A stretch of DNA of 64,000 bases from positions 128,001-192,000 of the forward strand of contig JAWOEX010000032.1 in NCBI GenBank assembly GCA_046482545.1, given 5' to 3'. The position numbers and the translations under genes are program-made. Within the stretch, counting starts at the first letter, position 1. Every line of letters starts with the position of its first letter. Shown piece by piece: positions 49,796 through 58,200 of this stretch. The DNA comes from Candidatus Thorarchaeota archaeon (GTDB lineage: Archaea > Asgardarchaeota > Thorarchaeia > Thorarchaeales > Thorarchaeaceae). Below the pieces are notes generated by a model. It was not told the DNA's origin, made no database searches, and saw only the letters and a program-made list of their open reading frames with translations.

Positions 49796-50071
49796 ATGAG
49801 AAAGGAGGTGAAAAAGAAAATGGAGGTAGTTAAACGAAGTGGCGAACGCGAGACTTTCATGCCCGAGAAGATTACCGTGAGCGCGGTGAAGGCAGGAGCG
49901 TCTTATGGTACTGCACGAAGCATTGCAGGTTCAGCCCAATCAGAATTCGAAAGCATTGCAGAGACTGCACAAATCAGAGACTATGTTCTAACAGAGCTTC
50001 GTTCGAGAGGCGAAAAATCTGCAGCTCAGTCTTGGGAGCGTTATGATCAGGAAAAGAAAGGTCGGAAGTGA
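49796..50071 (+). CDS. Stand-alone ATP-cone domain protein
   Basis: VVKRSGERETFMPEKI...T.QIRDYVL.EL: ATP-cone signature. Confidence 0.8.
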   Translation: MRKEVKKKMEVVKRSGERETFMPEKITVSAVKAGASYGTARSIAGSAQSEFESIAETAQIRDYVLTELRSRGEKSAAQSWERYDQEKKGRK

Positions 50072-50706
50072 CCATAGTAATGGATTTGGAGCAACTGCTT
50101 GAGGAAAAAGGGCGGCTGTTTTCGGAAGAACTTGGTATTGATGTGGAGAATGAACCGTTCAAATGGTTCATCGCATCGGTGCTTTTTGGTGCTCGGATTT
50201 CAACCGACATCGCGAAGAGAACCTATCGAGAATATGAGGAAAAGGGTCTTACAACACCAGAAGCCATTGATTCCGCATGGCGCTACACGTTAATTAGAAC
50301 ACATGGAAATGGCGGATACGCAAGATACGATGGCATAACAGCCGACTACATGAAATCCATTTCTGAGAAGATACTCGATGAATATGATGGCGACATAAGG
50401 AATGTAGACCGACAAAGTGATTCGTCTAACGAGCTAAAAAAGAGGCTTGAGGAGTTCGAGGGAGTAGGTCCAGTGACTACTAAGATTTTTCTTCGGGAAC
50501 TGCGAGGAATCTGGCAAAATGCGGATCCGGAGCTAACCGATATTGAAAAGAACGCCGCCAAGGACCTCGGTTTCATTTCTAATGGGGAGAATGCAACTGA
50601 CAAAGTCAAACAATTCTGGCAGGATAGTCGTACTGAAAGATTTGATTTTCGAAATCTACAAGCGGCATTGGTACGGCATGGGCTGAATATCAGAAGGTCC
50701 GAGTGA
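50068..50706 (+). CDS. HhH-GPD superfamily (DNA glycosylase/endonuclease III-like) protein
   Basis: FKWFIASVLFGARIS, GGYARYD and the HhH motif LEEFEGVGPVTTKIFLRE. Confidence 0.78.
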   Translation: MTIVMDLEQLLEEKGRLFSEELGIDVENEPFKWFIASVLFGARISTDIAKRTYREYEEKGLTTPEAIDSAWRYTLIRTHGNGGYARYDGITADYMKSISEKILDEYDGDIRNVDRQSDSSNELKKRLEEFEGVGPVTTKIFLRELRGIWQNADPELTDIEKNAAKDLGFISNGENATDKVKQFWQDSRTERFDFRNLQAALVRHGLNIRRSE

Positions 50707-50768
50707 TGATTCTGTTCATAGGCCTTCCGAAAAGGGTGATTGAATTGTGAGCCTTTCCAAGAAAGCAA

Positions 50769-51980
50769 TTAGAAGTGCTCAATGAGCCATGGCCTAGCTT
50801 TGGGGAACCACTCGTCAAGAAAGTCTGGGGCCTTTTCTTTCAACATACCGAGCTCGAAGAGCTCATCGCACGATAGTGTGCCATACAAAAGACAAGCCAA
50901 ACTACCTATGCTCATTCTGATATCTGGTTTGGACTTGCCTTTCGGTTCAACAGAAAGCTCGCCATTTCGGTTTGTAACCTGAAATGTTTGTGAATTCCAT
51001 TCGAACTGGTCATCAATTACTCCAATTGCTACTGAGCCGCTGTTGCTTACAGAGATGCCATTGAACGCTTCTTCAACATCAACTATTCTTGCCATTGTAA
51101 TAAAGCGAGCCTCTACCCTTGGAATGTTTATTCCTTCTATCCAGTGGTAGTATGTTTGAGAAAGAGGAGTAACCGGCATTCTGACTTCTATTATTTGATC
51201 TTGATGCAATGAAATGAAACTCAGCAAGGCTTTCAGGGCCTTTGGGTTTTTCCACAATATTTCTTGCACATTCATGGTTCCGACCTTATCCCTATTTTCG
51301 AACTGACCATAGCCCTTCTTGCGATATGCGAGATACCCTTCTGGCTCAGACTTCGGCCCATATGCTATTGCAAGATTGCCGTGAAACCAGATTTTGTGTT
51401 CATCCCACCGCTTCTTTGACCGTTTTGCAGCACCATGGGTTCGTGATACCACATGCTCGTGGATTCCTTTGCAGGCCGTCCAGCCTTCTTTGGGGTCTAC
51501 TCTTTCTATTCGATAGTCGGCTAGATTCTTTGAATACACTAGGTCTTTGGGATTGAATGTGAACGTGTACCATGGGGATAACTTCACATAACCCATCGAG
51601 CTGTAGAAGCTATCTTTGAATGGATATAACATGCTCACTGCGTACCCTTCCTCCTGAAGCTCTTTGAGGGATTGCAGCATAATCTCTCTAACGTATCCGA
51701 GACGCCGAGTTTCAGGAGCACTGGCAACCATGCTGACAGCTACCATTTTCTTCCAAGTACCACGCACATTTTGTTCAAGTGGAATCATTCTTGCGTGTGC
51801 ACGAGGTTTACCATCGCTAACGGCAAGGAAGAATTCATTTGAAACATCTATTTCTCTTAGACATTTCCCCATTCTTTCGTCTTCATCTGGTGGTATCGCG
51901 TAGCTATATCGATTCAATTTGATTATGTCTTCAATGTCTTCGGGTTTACCTCGACGCACTATCATGATGCTCATATCCAA
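50769..51980 (-). CDS. Eis-like GNAT acetyltransferase with SCP2-like C-terminus
   Basis: VASAPETRRLG, SMLYPF..FYSSMGY, MARIVDV and C-terminal Phe. Confidence 0.85.
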   Translation of the reverse strand: MDMSIMIVRRGKPEDIEDIIKLNRYSYAIPPDEDERMGKCLREIDVSNEFFLAVSDGKPRAHARMIPLEQNVRGTWKKMVAVSMVASAPETRRLGYVREIMLQSLKELQEEGYAVSMLYPFKDSFYSSMGYVKLSPWYTFTFNPKDLVYSKNLADYRIERVDPKEGWTACKGIHEHVVSRTHGAAKRSKKRWDEHKIWFHGNLAIAYGPKSEPEGYLAYRKKGYGQFENRDKVGTMNVQEILWKNPKALKALLSFISLHQDQIIEVRMPVTPLSQTYYHWIEGINIPRVEARFITMARIVDVEEAFNGISVSNSGSVAIGVIDDQFEWNSQTFQVTNRNGELSVEPKGKSKPDIRMSIGSLACLLYGTLSCDELFELGMLKEKAPDFLDEWFPKARPWLIEHF

Positions 51981-52101
51981 CAGTTTCTTTCGCCTGTCAA
52001 AGGGGTATTTTACTGATTTGCATCAAGCCATCTGAGCACACAATAGCTTACTCAAAGGCCAGATTGGTCAAAACAATATCTCTTTACTCTATTCTCTGGC
52101 A

Positions 52102-52632
52102 TTAGCTGTCTAGCTTGAGCGAGAAGGTTCTTTCGGCTTTCTCAAGCTTTGGTTTGATTACAACTCTGCAGTAGCCCCGGCCCGGGTATTTCTTGTAGTA
52201 GTCTTGGTGATGGTCTTCAGCTGGATAGAACTTCTTTAATGGCCTGATTTCCGTGACTATGGGATTATCGTACTTGCCGTTTTCATTGAGTTCCGTTTTC
52301 TTCTGCTCAGCTTTGCGTTTCTGTTCTTCGTTGTGATAGAATATGGCCGACCTGTACTGAGTCCCGACATCGTTTCCCTGCCGATTCAGGCTTGTCGGGT
52401 CGTGTGTCTCAAAGAATATCTCCAGTAGTTCTTCGTAGCTGATTTCCTCCGGATTGTACTCAATCTGAACTACTTCAGCATGACCTGTATTTCCAGAGCA
52501 CACTTCTTCATATGTTGGATTTTTCACATCTCCGCCGGCATATCCCGAGGTAACGGATTGAACGCCTTTCATCCGCTGGAAGACTGCTTCAGTGCACCAG
52601 AAGCATCCTCCTCCAAATGTAGCTTTTTTCAT
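52102..52632 (-). CDS. msrA: Peptide-methionine (S)-S-oxide reductase
   Basis: GGGCFWCTE, SGYAGG, YEEVCSG.TGHAEVV, HDPT, GTQYRS and AEDHHQDYY. Confidence 0.95.
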   Translation of the reverse strand: MKKATFGGGCFWCTEAVFQRMKGVQSVTSGYAGGDVKNPTYEEVCSGNTGHAEVVQIEYNPEEISYEELLEIFFETHDPTSLNRQGNDVGTQYRSAIFYHNEEQKRKAEQKKTELNENGKYDNPIVTEIRPLKKFYPAEDHHQDYYKKYPGRGYCRVVIKPKLEKAERTFSLKLDS

Positions 52633-52714
52633 ATTAGTAGTATGGTTAATAGTCTTTAACAACTAATGGATACGTGAGCTGCTTCCCTTCTGGCTATCGC
52701 ATTCATCGCTTTTC

Positions 52715-53332
52715 CTATTGCTTTCCTGCAATGTATTCGAGGGTGACCATCCTGTAATCTAAGGTTCTCAGCTCAGTAGTTTTTTTCTCCTTGAGTACTA
52801 TTTCCATCCTGTCAAAATACTGGTCAGGTTCATTCTTCTCATAATAGCTATGAATTGTTGGTTCTCCATGTTCAGTAGATTTCCATTCGCCGGGACCAAC
52901 CTGATCGCCCTCACCACATTGTTGATCGTCTACTGAGAGGAAATTTACGTAAAGGTATCCTGGTGTCTTGAGTACCCTTCTCATTTCTCTCATTGCTTTT
53001 GCTGAATCGGTTTTGGTGAGGTGAAAAATCGAGTTATACGAGTATACGAGACCGAAGCTCTCATTATCGAAAGGAATTTCTCTCATATCTCCGATTTGAA
53101 TATCCAAATCAAGTCCGTGCCGTTCGCAGAATTCACTCGCTTTCTTGACCTGTTCATCGGATATATCGATTCCGTGTGTTTCATAGCCCAATCTATCAAA
53201 TAGCGCCAGTGAAGGACGCAGACCTCCAGCGCCGCAGTCCAGTACAGTCCTGTCAATCTCATTGTCTCTTTCTAATCGTTGAAGGAGGTACAGGAATTTG
53301 TATACGTTGGGAGGAAACAGTGCGTTGTACAT
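52715..53332 (-). CDS. Class I SAM-dependent methyltransferase
   Basis: VLDCGAGG, GIDIS and GDMREIPFDNESF. Confidence 0.85.
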   Translation of the reverse strand: MYNALFPPNVYKFLYLLQRLERDNEIDRTVLDCGAGGLRPSLALFDRLGYETHGIDISDEQVKKASEFCERHGLDLDIQIGDMREIPFDNESFGLVYSYNSIFHLTKTDSAKAMREMRRVLKTPGYLYVNFLSVDDQQCGEGDQVGPGEWKSTEHGEPTIHSYYEKNEPDQYFDRMEIVLKEKKTTELRTLDYRMVTLEYIAGKQ

Positions 53333-53396
53333 ATTGAACGTCGACGTCAGACTCTTCTTTCTAAGTTTTCCCCCTCACACGATTTTCAAATCCAAA

Positions 53397-53418
53397 ATTT
53401 AGAACACATGTTCTAAAT
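53397..53418. promoter_or_regulatory. Perfect 10-bp inverted repeat, candidate transcription-factor operator
   Basis: ATTTAGAACA-CA-TGTTCTAAAT in the divergent spacer upstream of the carboxyltransferase operon. Confidence 0.55.
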
Positions 53419-53507
53419 CAGATGAACAACACGCGCCTCTAGCCAGGCGCTTCGGTTCTGAACAATAGTGCTAAATAGGGTGTTTCGAGCTGTGGGGCGA
53501 GCTGGCA

Positions 53508-55091
53508 ATGTCAAAACTTCAAATCACGGACACGACCCTCAGAGATGCACATCAATCGCTTCTTGCAACGAGGATGCGGACTGAAGATATGCTGCCGATT
53601 TGCGAGGAGATTGACAAGGTGGGCTACTGGTCCCTAGAAATGTTTGGCGGGGCAACATTCGACAGTATGATGAGGTATCTCGATGAAGATCCATGGGAAC
53701 GAGTTGAGAAGCTCCGAGAAGTCATGCCAAACTCCAAATTCCAGATGCTGTTGAGAGCGTCCAATGTCGTTGGATATCATATATACCCCGACGATGTGCT
53801 GGAAGCCTTCGTTATTGAAGCGGTTGACGTAGGTATTGACATATTTCGTATATTCGATGCGCTCAATGATTTACGAAACATGCGCGCGGCCATGGACTTC
53901 GTGAATCGTGAGGGTGGCCACGTTCAGGCAAGCTTCTGTTATACTTTGAGCCCTTACCACAACAATGACAAGTTCGTGGAGATGGCTAAGGACTTGTACT
54001 CGATGGGAGCGGATTCTATTTGCATCAAGGACATGGCTGGACTGATATCGCCCAAGAACGCCTATGAACTTGTTACCTTGCTGAAAGACGACTTGGACAT
54101 ACCCATTCAGCTTCACTCACATAGCACCAGTGGTATGGCTTCTATGGCTTATCTCAAGGCTGCGGAGGCAGGGGTTGATGTGGTTGATTGTGCGATATCG
54201 CCGTTGTCAATGAGAACATCACAGCCGGCCGTAGAATCCATTGTTGAAGCATTGAAGGGGACACCCCGTGATACTGGACTTGATATCAAGCTGCTTTCCA
54301 AAATTGCTGATTACTTCAGAGAGATTTGGGGAAAATACAAGCAATACGAAGGTAGCCTTAAGGGAGTAAACCCACAGGTGCTTCAGTTTCAAATTCCTGG
54401 TGGTATGCTTTCCAATCTTGATAATCAGCTCAGAGAACAGGGAGCTCTTGACCGATATGATGAAGTCTTAGAGGAAGTGCCTAAGGTGAGAGCTGAACTT
54501 GGGTATCCTCCGCTTGTTACGCCATCAAGTCAAATCGTTGGTACCCAAGCCACACTCAACATCATCACTGGTGAACGATACAAGGTCATCCCTCACGAGG
54601 TAAAGCAGTACATCCGTGGTTATTATGGAAGACCGCCTGCGGAAATCGATTCAGAGATTCAGCAGAAAGCCATTGCCGATGAAGAACCACTTGACTGCCG
54701 TCCCGCGGACAAACTAGAACCTGGTCTTCCTAAGGCCAAAGAAGCCTTGAAAGATATTCCACATGAACCTCGGGATGAAGTTTCGTATTCCCTTTTCCCG
54801 CAGTATGCCCTTGAATTCTTGAAACGAAATGCTCAACGTAAAGCTCGTGGAGATATGTCTCCTGAGCTTGAAGCCGCGCTTATTTCAGCCGTTCTTTACT
54901 CCTCTAGGACTGGACCTGGCACAAACAGCAGGAGAGGTACCGGCGAATCATGGGGAATTGAAGGCAGGGCAGATCTCATGGAATCGAGAGCCTCTGCCTT
55001 GACATCCAGGTCTTGGAGTTCTACGAAATCTCCGTGGAGTGCGTATGGAAGGAAACGCATGATGGAATCAAGGAAACGGAGTGATCTATGA
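53508..55091 (+). CDS. Pyruvate/oxaloacetate carboxyltransferase without biotinyl domain (transcarboxylase 5S / OadA / PycB-like)
   Basis: TLRDAHQSL.ATRM, GGATFD, IKDMAG, HSHST, QIPGGM and PPLVTPSSQIVG. No EAMKM domain. Confidence 0.9.
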   Translation: MSKLQITDTTLRDAHQSLLATRMRTEDMLPICEEIDKVGYWSLEMFGGATFDSMMRYLDEDPWERVEKLREVMPNSKFQMLLRASNVVGYHIYPDDVLEAFVIEAVDVGIDIFRIFDALNDLRNMRAAMDFVNREGGHVQASFCYTLSPYHNNDKFVEMAKDLYSMGADSICIKDMAGLISPKNAYELVTLLKDDLDIPIQLHSHSTSGMASMAYLKAAEAGVDVVDCAISPLSMRTSQPAVESIVEALKGTPRDTGLDIKLLSKIADYFREIWGKYKQYEGSLKGVNPQVLQFQIPGGMLSNLDNQLREQGALDRYDEVLEEVPKVRAELGYPPLVTPSSQIVGTQATLNIITGERYKVIPHEVKQYIRGYYGRPPAEIDSEIQQKAIADEEPLDCRPADKLEPGLPKAKEALKDIPHEPRDEVSYSLFPQYALEFLKRNAQRKARGDMSPELEAALISAVLYSSRTGPGTNSRRGTGESWGIEGRADLMESRASALTSRSWSSTKSPWSAYGRKRMMESRKRSDL

Positions 55092-55618
55092 TGAGCCCAG
55101 ATTACTTGCTGGACATTGATGGGCAGGAACATGAAGTAGACATTGACTGTTTGGACGAGGGTGGCCTTCTGGTCGTGAAAGTGGGCTCACAGAGCTTCAC
55201 TCTCAAAGCAGAAGAGGCTGATGAGGGTGGCTGGTCCGTAAATGATACAACGAACAACTATCATCTGAAAATCATAGAGAAATCGGGGAAAAACGCAGTT
55301 GTGGAATTAAATGGTCACGAGTACGATGTAGAGTGGTCCCGAAAGCGAGAGGAACACACATCATCCGCTGCTCGAGCCGAATCGGAGAAATCCACTGAGG
55401 CGGTAGCAGGTGGTGTGTATCCACCCATGCCCGGAACTATAACGGAGGTTCATGTCGACGTTGGAGACGACGTGGAGAAGGGACAAACCGTATGTATTCT
55501 GGAAGCTATGAAAATGTTCAATGAAATGAAGTCTCCTGCAGATGGAACTATTAAGGAACTACATGTGAAAGAGGGCTCCAAGGTCACACCAAACGATTTG
55601 CTTGCTGTCATCGAATAG
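55088..55618 (+). CDS. Biotin carboxyl carrier protein
   Basis: PMPG...LEAMKMFNE biotinylation motif. Overlaps the upstream gene by 4 nt (ATGA). Confidence 0.92.
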   Translation: MMSPDYLLDIDGQEHEVDIDCLDEGGLLVVKVGSQSFTLKAEEADEGGWSVNDTTNNYHLKIIEKSGKNAVVELNGHEYDVEWSRKREEHTSSAARAESEKSTEAVAGGVYPPMPGTITEVHVDVGDDVEKGQTVCILEAMKMFNEMKSPADGTIKELHVKEGSKVTPNDLLAVIE

Positions 55619-55621
55619 AAG

Positions 55622-56797
55622 GTGGCTATACTGCCGAAAGCGTTTGTAACTGGGGCAGGAATGACGCGATTCGGTGTTCTTGAAGATTCAATCACAGAGC
55701 TGGCTGTGAATGCCGCTACTCGAGCGGTTGAGGATTCTGGCTCTATTGGCAAAGATATAGACTACTTGATTATTGGTTCTCAAAATCCTGCTGAATTTAC
55801 GGGAATTGACCACCTATCAACGCTCTTAGCTGATTGTCTAGGTATTGTGCCAGCAGCGGCTACCCGTGTCGAGACAGGACCTTCTTCTGGGGCGAGCGCT
55901 TTCGAAGAGGCATTTGCTCTGGTCAAGGCTGGACTTGCTGATTTGGTGCTTGTCATTGGTGTTGAAAAGATGTCCAAGGTGAATCGGAGTATCGCTTCCC
56001 GTATTCTGGCAAAAATGATGTCCTATGAAAATGAGACTCGATACGGTGCGACACCTGCTGCGTTGGCTGCTATGATGGCACGTCGGTATATGCACGACTA
56101 TGGCGTAACCCGGGAACAGCTGTCCTTGGTTCCGGCCAAGGCCCACCGAAATGGGCACAAGAACCACCTTGCACATTTTCAGAAGGAGATTACAGTTCAA
56201 GAGGTCACCCATTCCAGAAAGGTAGCCGACCCCCTAACACTGTTCGATTGCTGTCCCACTTCCGACGGAGCTGCAGCAGCAGTTGTTGTATCCGAGGAGA
56301 AGGCCCGCGAGTTGAGACTGCTCAAGAGTGCAGCAGAGGTCATAGGGGTAGGTCACGCAACAGACTACCTAGCCGTTCAACATCGCCAGTCGCTTACATC
56401 CATGAGCGCTACGATAGAGGCGGCTGCTCGTGCCTACGACATGGCAAAGATTGAGCCCCATGATGTTGATGTCTGCGAGGTTCATGATGCCTTTTCAGTA
56501 TTCGAGTTAATCAATATGGAAGATCTTGGATTGGCAAATCGGGGAGCTGCAATCCACATGGTGGCAGACGGCACTACTGAGGTGGATGGCAGTCTGCCGG
56601 TGAATCCTACCGGTGGTTTGAAGGCACGCGGCCATCCCACAGGAGCCACAGGCTTAGCACAAATACGAGATGCATTCAATCAGTTGATGATGAAGGCTCC
56701 CGAACAGTTGCAGACTGGCAGCCCCGAAGTGGCCTTGTGTCACAATATCGGCGGATTTGGCAACAATATCGTAGTGACAATCCTAGAACGGCGATAA
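55622..56797 (+). CDS. SCP2-type thiolase-fold protein lacking the canonical catalytic Cys
   Basis: GMTRFG, GVEKM, CCPTSDGAAA, EVHDAF, NPTGGL..GHPTGATG and HNIGG. The nucleophile loop reads VETGPSSG. Confidence 0.85.
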   Translation: MAILPKAFVTGAGMTRFGVLEDSITELAVNAATRAVEDSGSIGKDIDYLIIGSQNPAEFTGIDHLSTLLADCLGIVPAAATRVETGPSSGASAFEEAFALVKAGLADLVLVIGVEKMSKVNRSIASRILAKMMSYENETRYGATPAALAAMMARRYMHDYGVTREQLSLVPAKAHRNGHKNHLAHFQKEITVQEVTHSRKVADPLTLFDCCPTSDGAAAAVVVSEEKARELRLLKSAAEVIGVGHATDYLAVQHRQSLTSMSATIEAAARAYDMAKIEPHDVDVCEVHDAFSVFELINMEDLGLANRGAAIHMVADGTTEVDGSLPVNPTGGLKARGHPTGATGLAQIRDAFNQLMMKAPEQLQTGSPEVALCHNIGGFGNNIVVTILERR

Positions 56798-57035
56798 ATT
56801 CTCGAAAAAGGCCTATTTCACCTGTAGAGTGCTTGGGATTTTCAGCATGCTATTCATCCACATATTTCTTATTAATCTCTTATAACTCTTGATTGTTATA
56901 GAGTGAGCCTACATGATGTTGTGTCATATCCGTCATCATGATGGAGCTATTGGATAGTACTGGTCCTTAATAAGGACAGGCGGTTTAGTGACTACCGATA
57001 GGGAGAACGGCTCTAAAACTGGAGCGAAGAGGAAA

Positions 57036-58199
57036 ATGCCGAAAGGATTAGCGGTACTACGTTGGGATGATGAACTAGGCCCCGTTGTTACTGCCAAAAC
57101 ACCCAAGAAACTACAGCTTGGATTGGATCCAACAACAAGCATGCGGGTGTATGGAATTGCAACATTGGGCGAGACTGAGGAATCACAGAAACCTGGATTC
57201 AGTACCCTGAATTTCGATGAATTCAGAATGGCTGTTTATTATGGCGGTCTGAATATGCATCTAAAAGGTCTTCCTTCCATGGTATTTCTCGTATTGGAGC
57301 CCAGCGAAAATCCAGAGATCTACAAGAATGCTCTTCCTGAAATAGCGACTCAGATTTTCTTGAGCACTGAAGATGACGCCTATGTAGATATGCTTCCTAA
57401 GATGTATAGTCAACTAGCTCGATATACGAAGATGACGTTTGAGCAAAGACAAGCTTCCATTCTCAGCGATGATGTCCGTAGAGAGATACTCCGAACACTC
57501 ATGAGAGACGGAACCATGGAATCTTCGGACCTTGAACAGATAATCCTTGATGAAGTTGGAAAGAGGATTGATGTGGATATGGTTCTTCGCCCCTTGGTGA
57601 AGATGGGGATTATAGCGACTGGTTGGGTTGAAGGATTATCAACTGAAGTCATCTATCTGACGAGGGCAACTCTGCTATTGAGAAGAATCTCACGAAACAC
57701 TATAGCTGCTGTCAAGTCTGGTGCGCTCCCCCAGGATGTTGCAGATAGCTACCTTGAAGCCAGCAGGCGTTACCATCGCGATTATGTTGCCCGTCTACGC
57801 AAGGATTTGACTAAAACGATATGGACCGATGCGGAACAACTGGCTAACTTCATTCTTGATTTTGATGCTCATGACGTGATAGAGATTCTGCGCGAAGGCC
57901 CTCAGCAATTCGAGCACTTGCCTAGCCTGCTTGACATGACAAAATCGCAACTCAAAAAACAGGTGAAGCGTCTCGAACGAGCAAATATCGTATCCACTGT
58001 GAATGACGAGGAGGGTCGGGAACACGTGCTACTGAAAAGCAATCCCGAGGTAGCCACGGTTTATCCGGAATGGCTGATTCAACGTACTGTTGACCAGTAC
58101 AATGAGGAAATCATTCCTAGCAGACAAGCAATACACTATCTTGAGATACTGAAGAAATCACATCCAAGTCAAGCAGCAGCTACAGCGGAGGTTGAGTAG
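57036..58199 (+). CDS. Longin/uDENN-like N-terminal domain fused to two winged-helix domains
   Basis: GLAVLRWDDELGPVV (longin-like strand + GP turn), plus wHTH-like ILSDDVRREILRTL...LVKMGII and DVIEILREGP...LKKQVKRLERANIV. Confidence 0.65.
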   Translation: MPKGLAVLRWDDELGPVVTAKTPKKLQLGLDPTTSMRVYGIATLGETEESQKPGFSTLNFDEFRMAVYYGGLNMHLKGLPSMVFLVLEPSENPEIYKNALPEIATQIFLSTEDDAYVDMLPKMYSQLARYTKMTFEQRQASILSDDVRREILRTLMRDGTMESSDLEQIILDEVGKRIDVDMVLRPLVKMGIIATGWVEGLSTEVIYLTRATLLLRRISRNTIAAVKSGALPQDVADSYLEASRRYHRDYVARLRKDLTKTIWTDAEQLANFILDFDAHDVIEILREGPQQFEHLPSLLDMTKSQLKKQVKRLERANIVSTVNDEEGREHVLLKSNPEVATVYPEWLIQRTVDQYNEEIIPSRQAIHYLEILKKSHPSQAAATAEVE

Positions 58200-58200
58200 A

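Noticed and set aside
53402-53413. LexA (Cheo) SOS box GAAC-N4-GTTC
   Set aside because: The sequence matches, but the context is archaeal, the flanking genes are metabolic and no lexA is seen. Kept only as an anonymous operator.
1034-57652. Numerous 60-190 aa antisense or out-of-frame ORFs overlapping assigned genes (e.g. 24086-24604, 43667-44239, 41290-41772)
   Set aside because: They overlap well-supported CDSs and carry no motifs, so I treat them as shadow ORFs.
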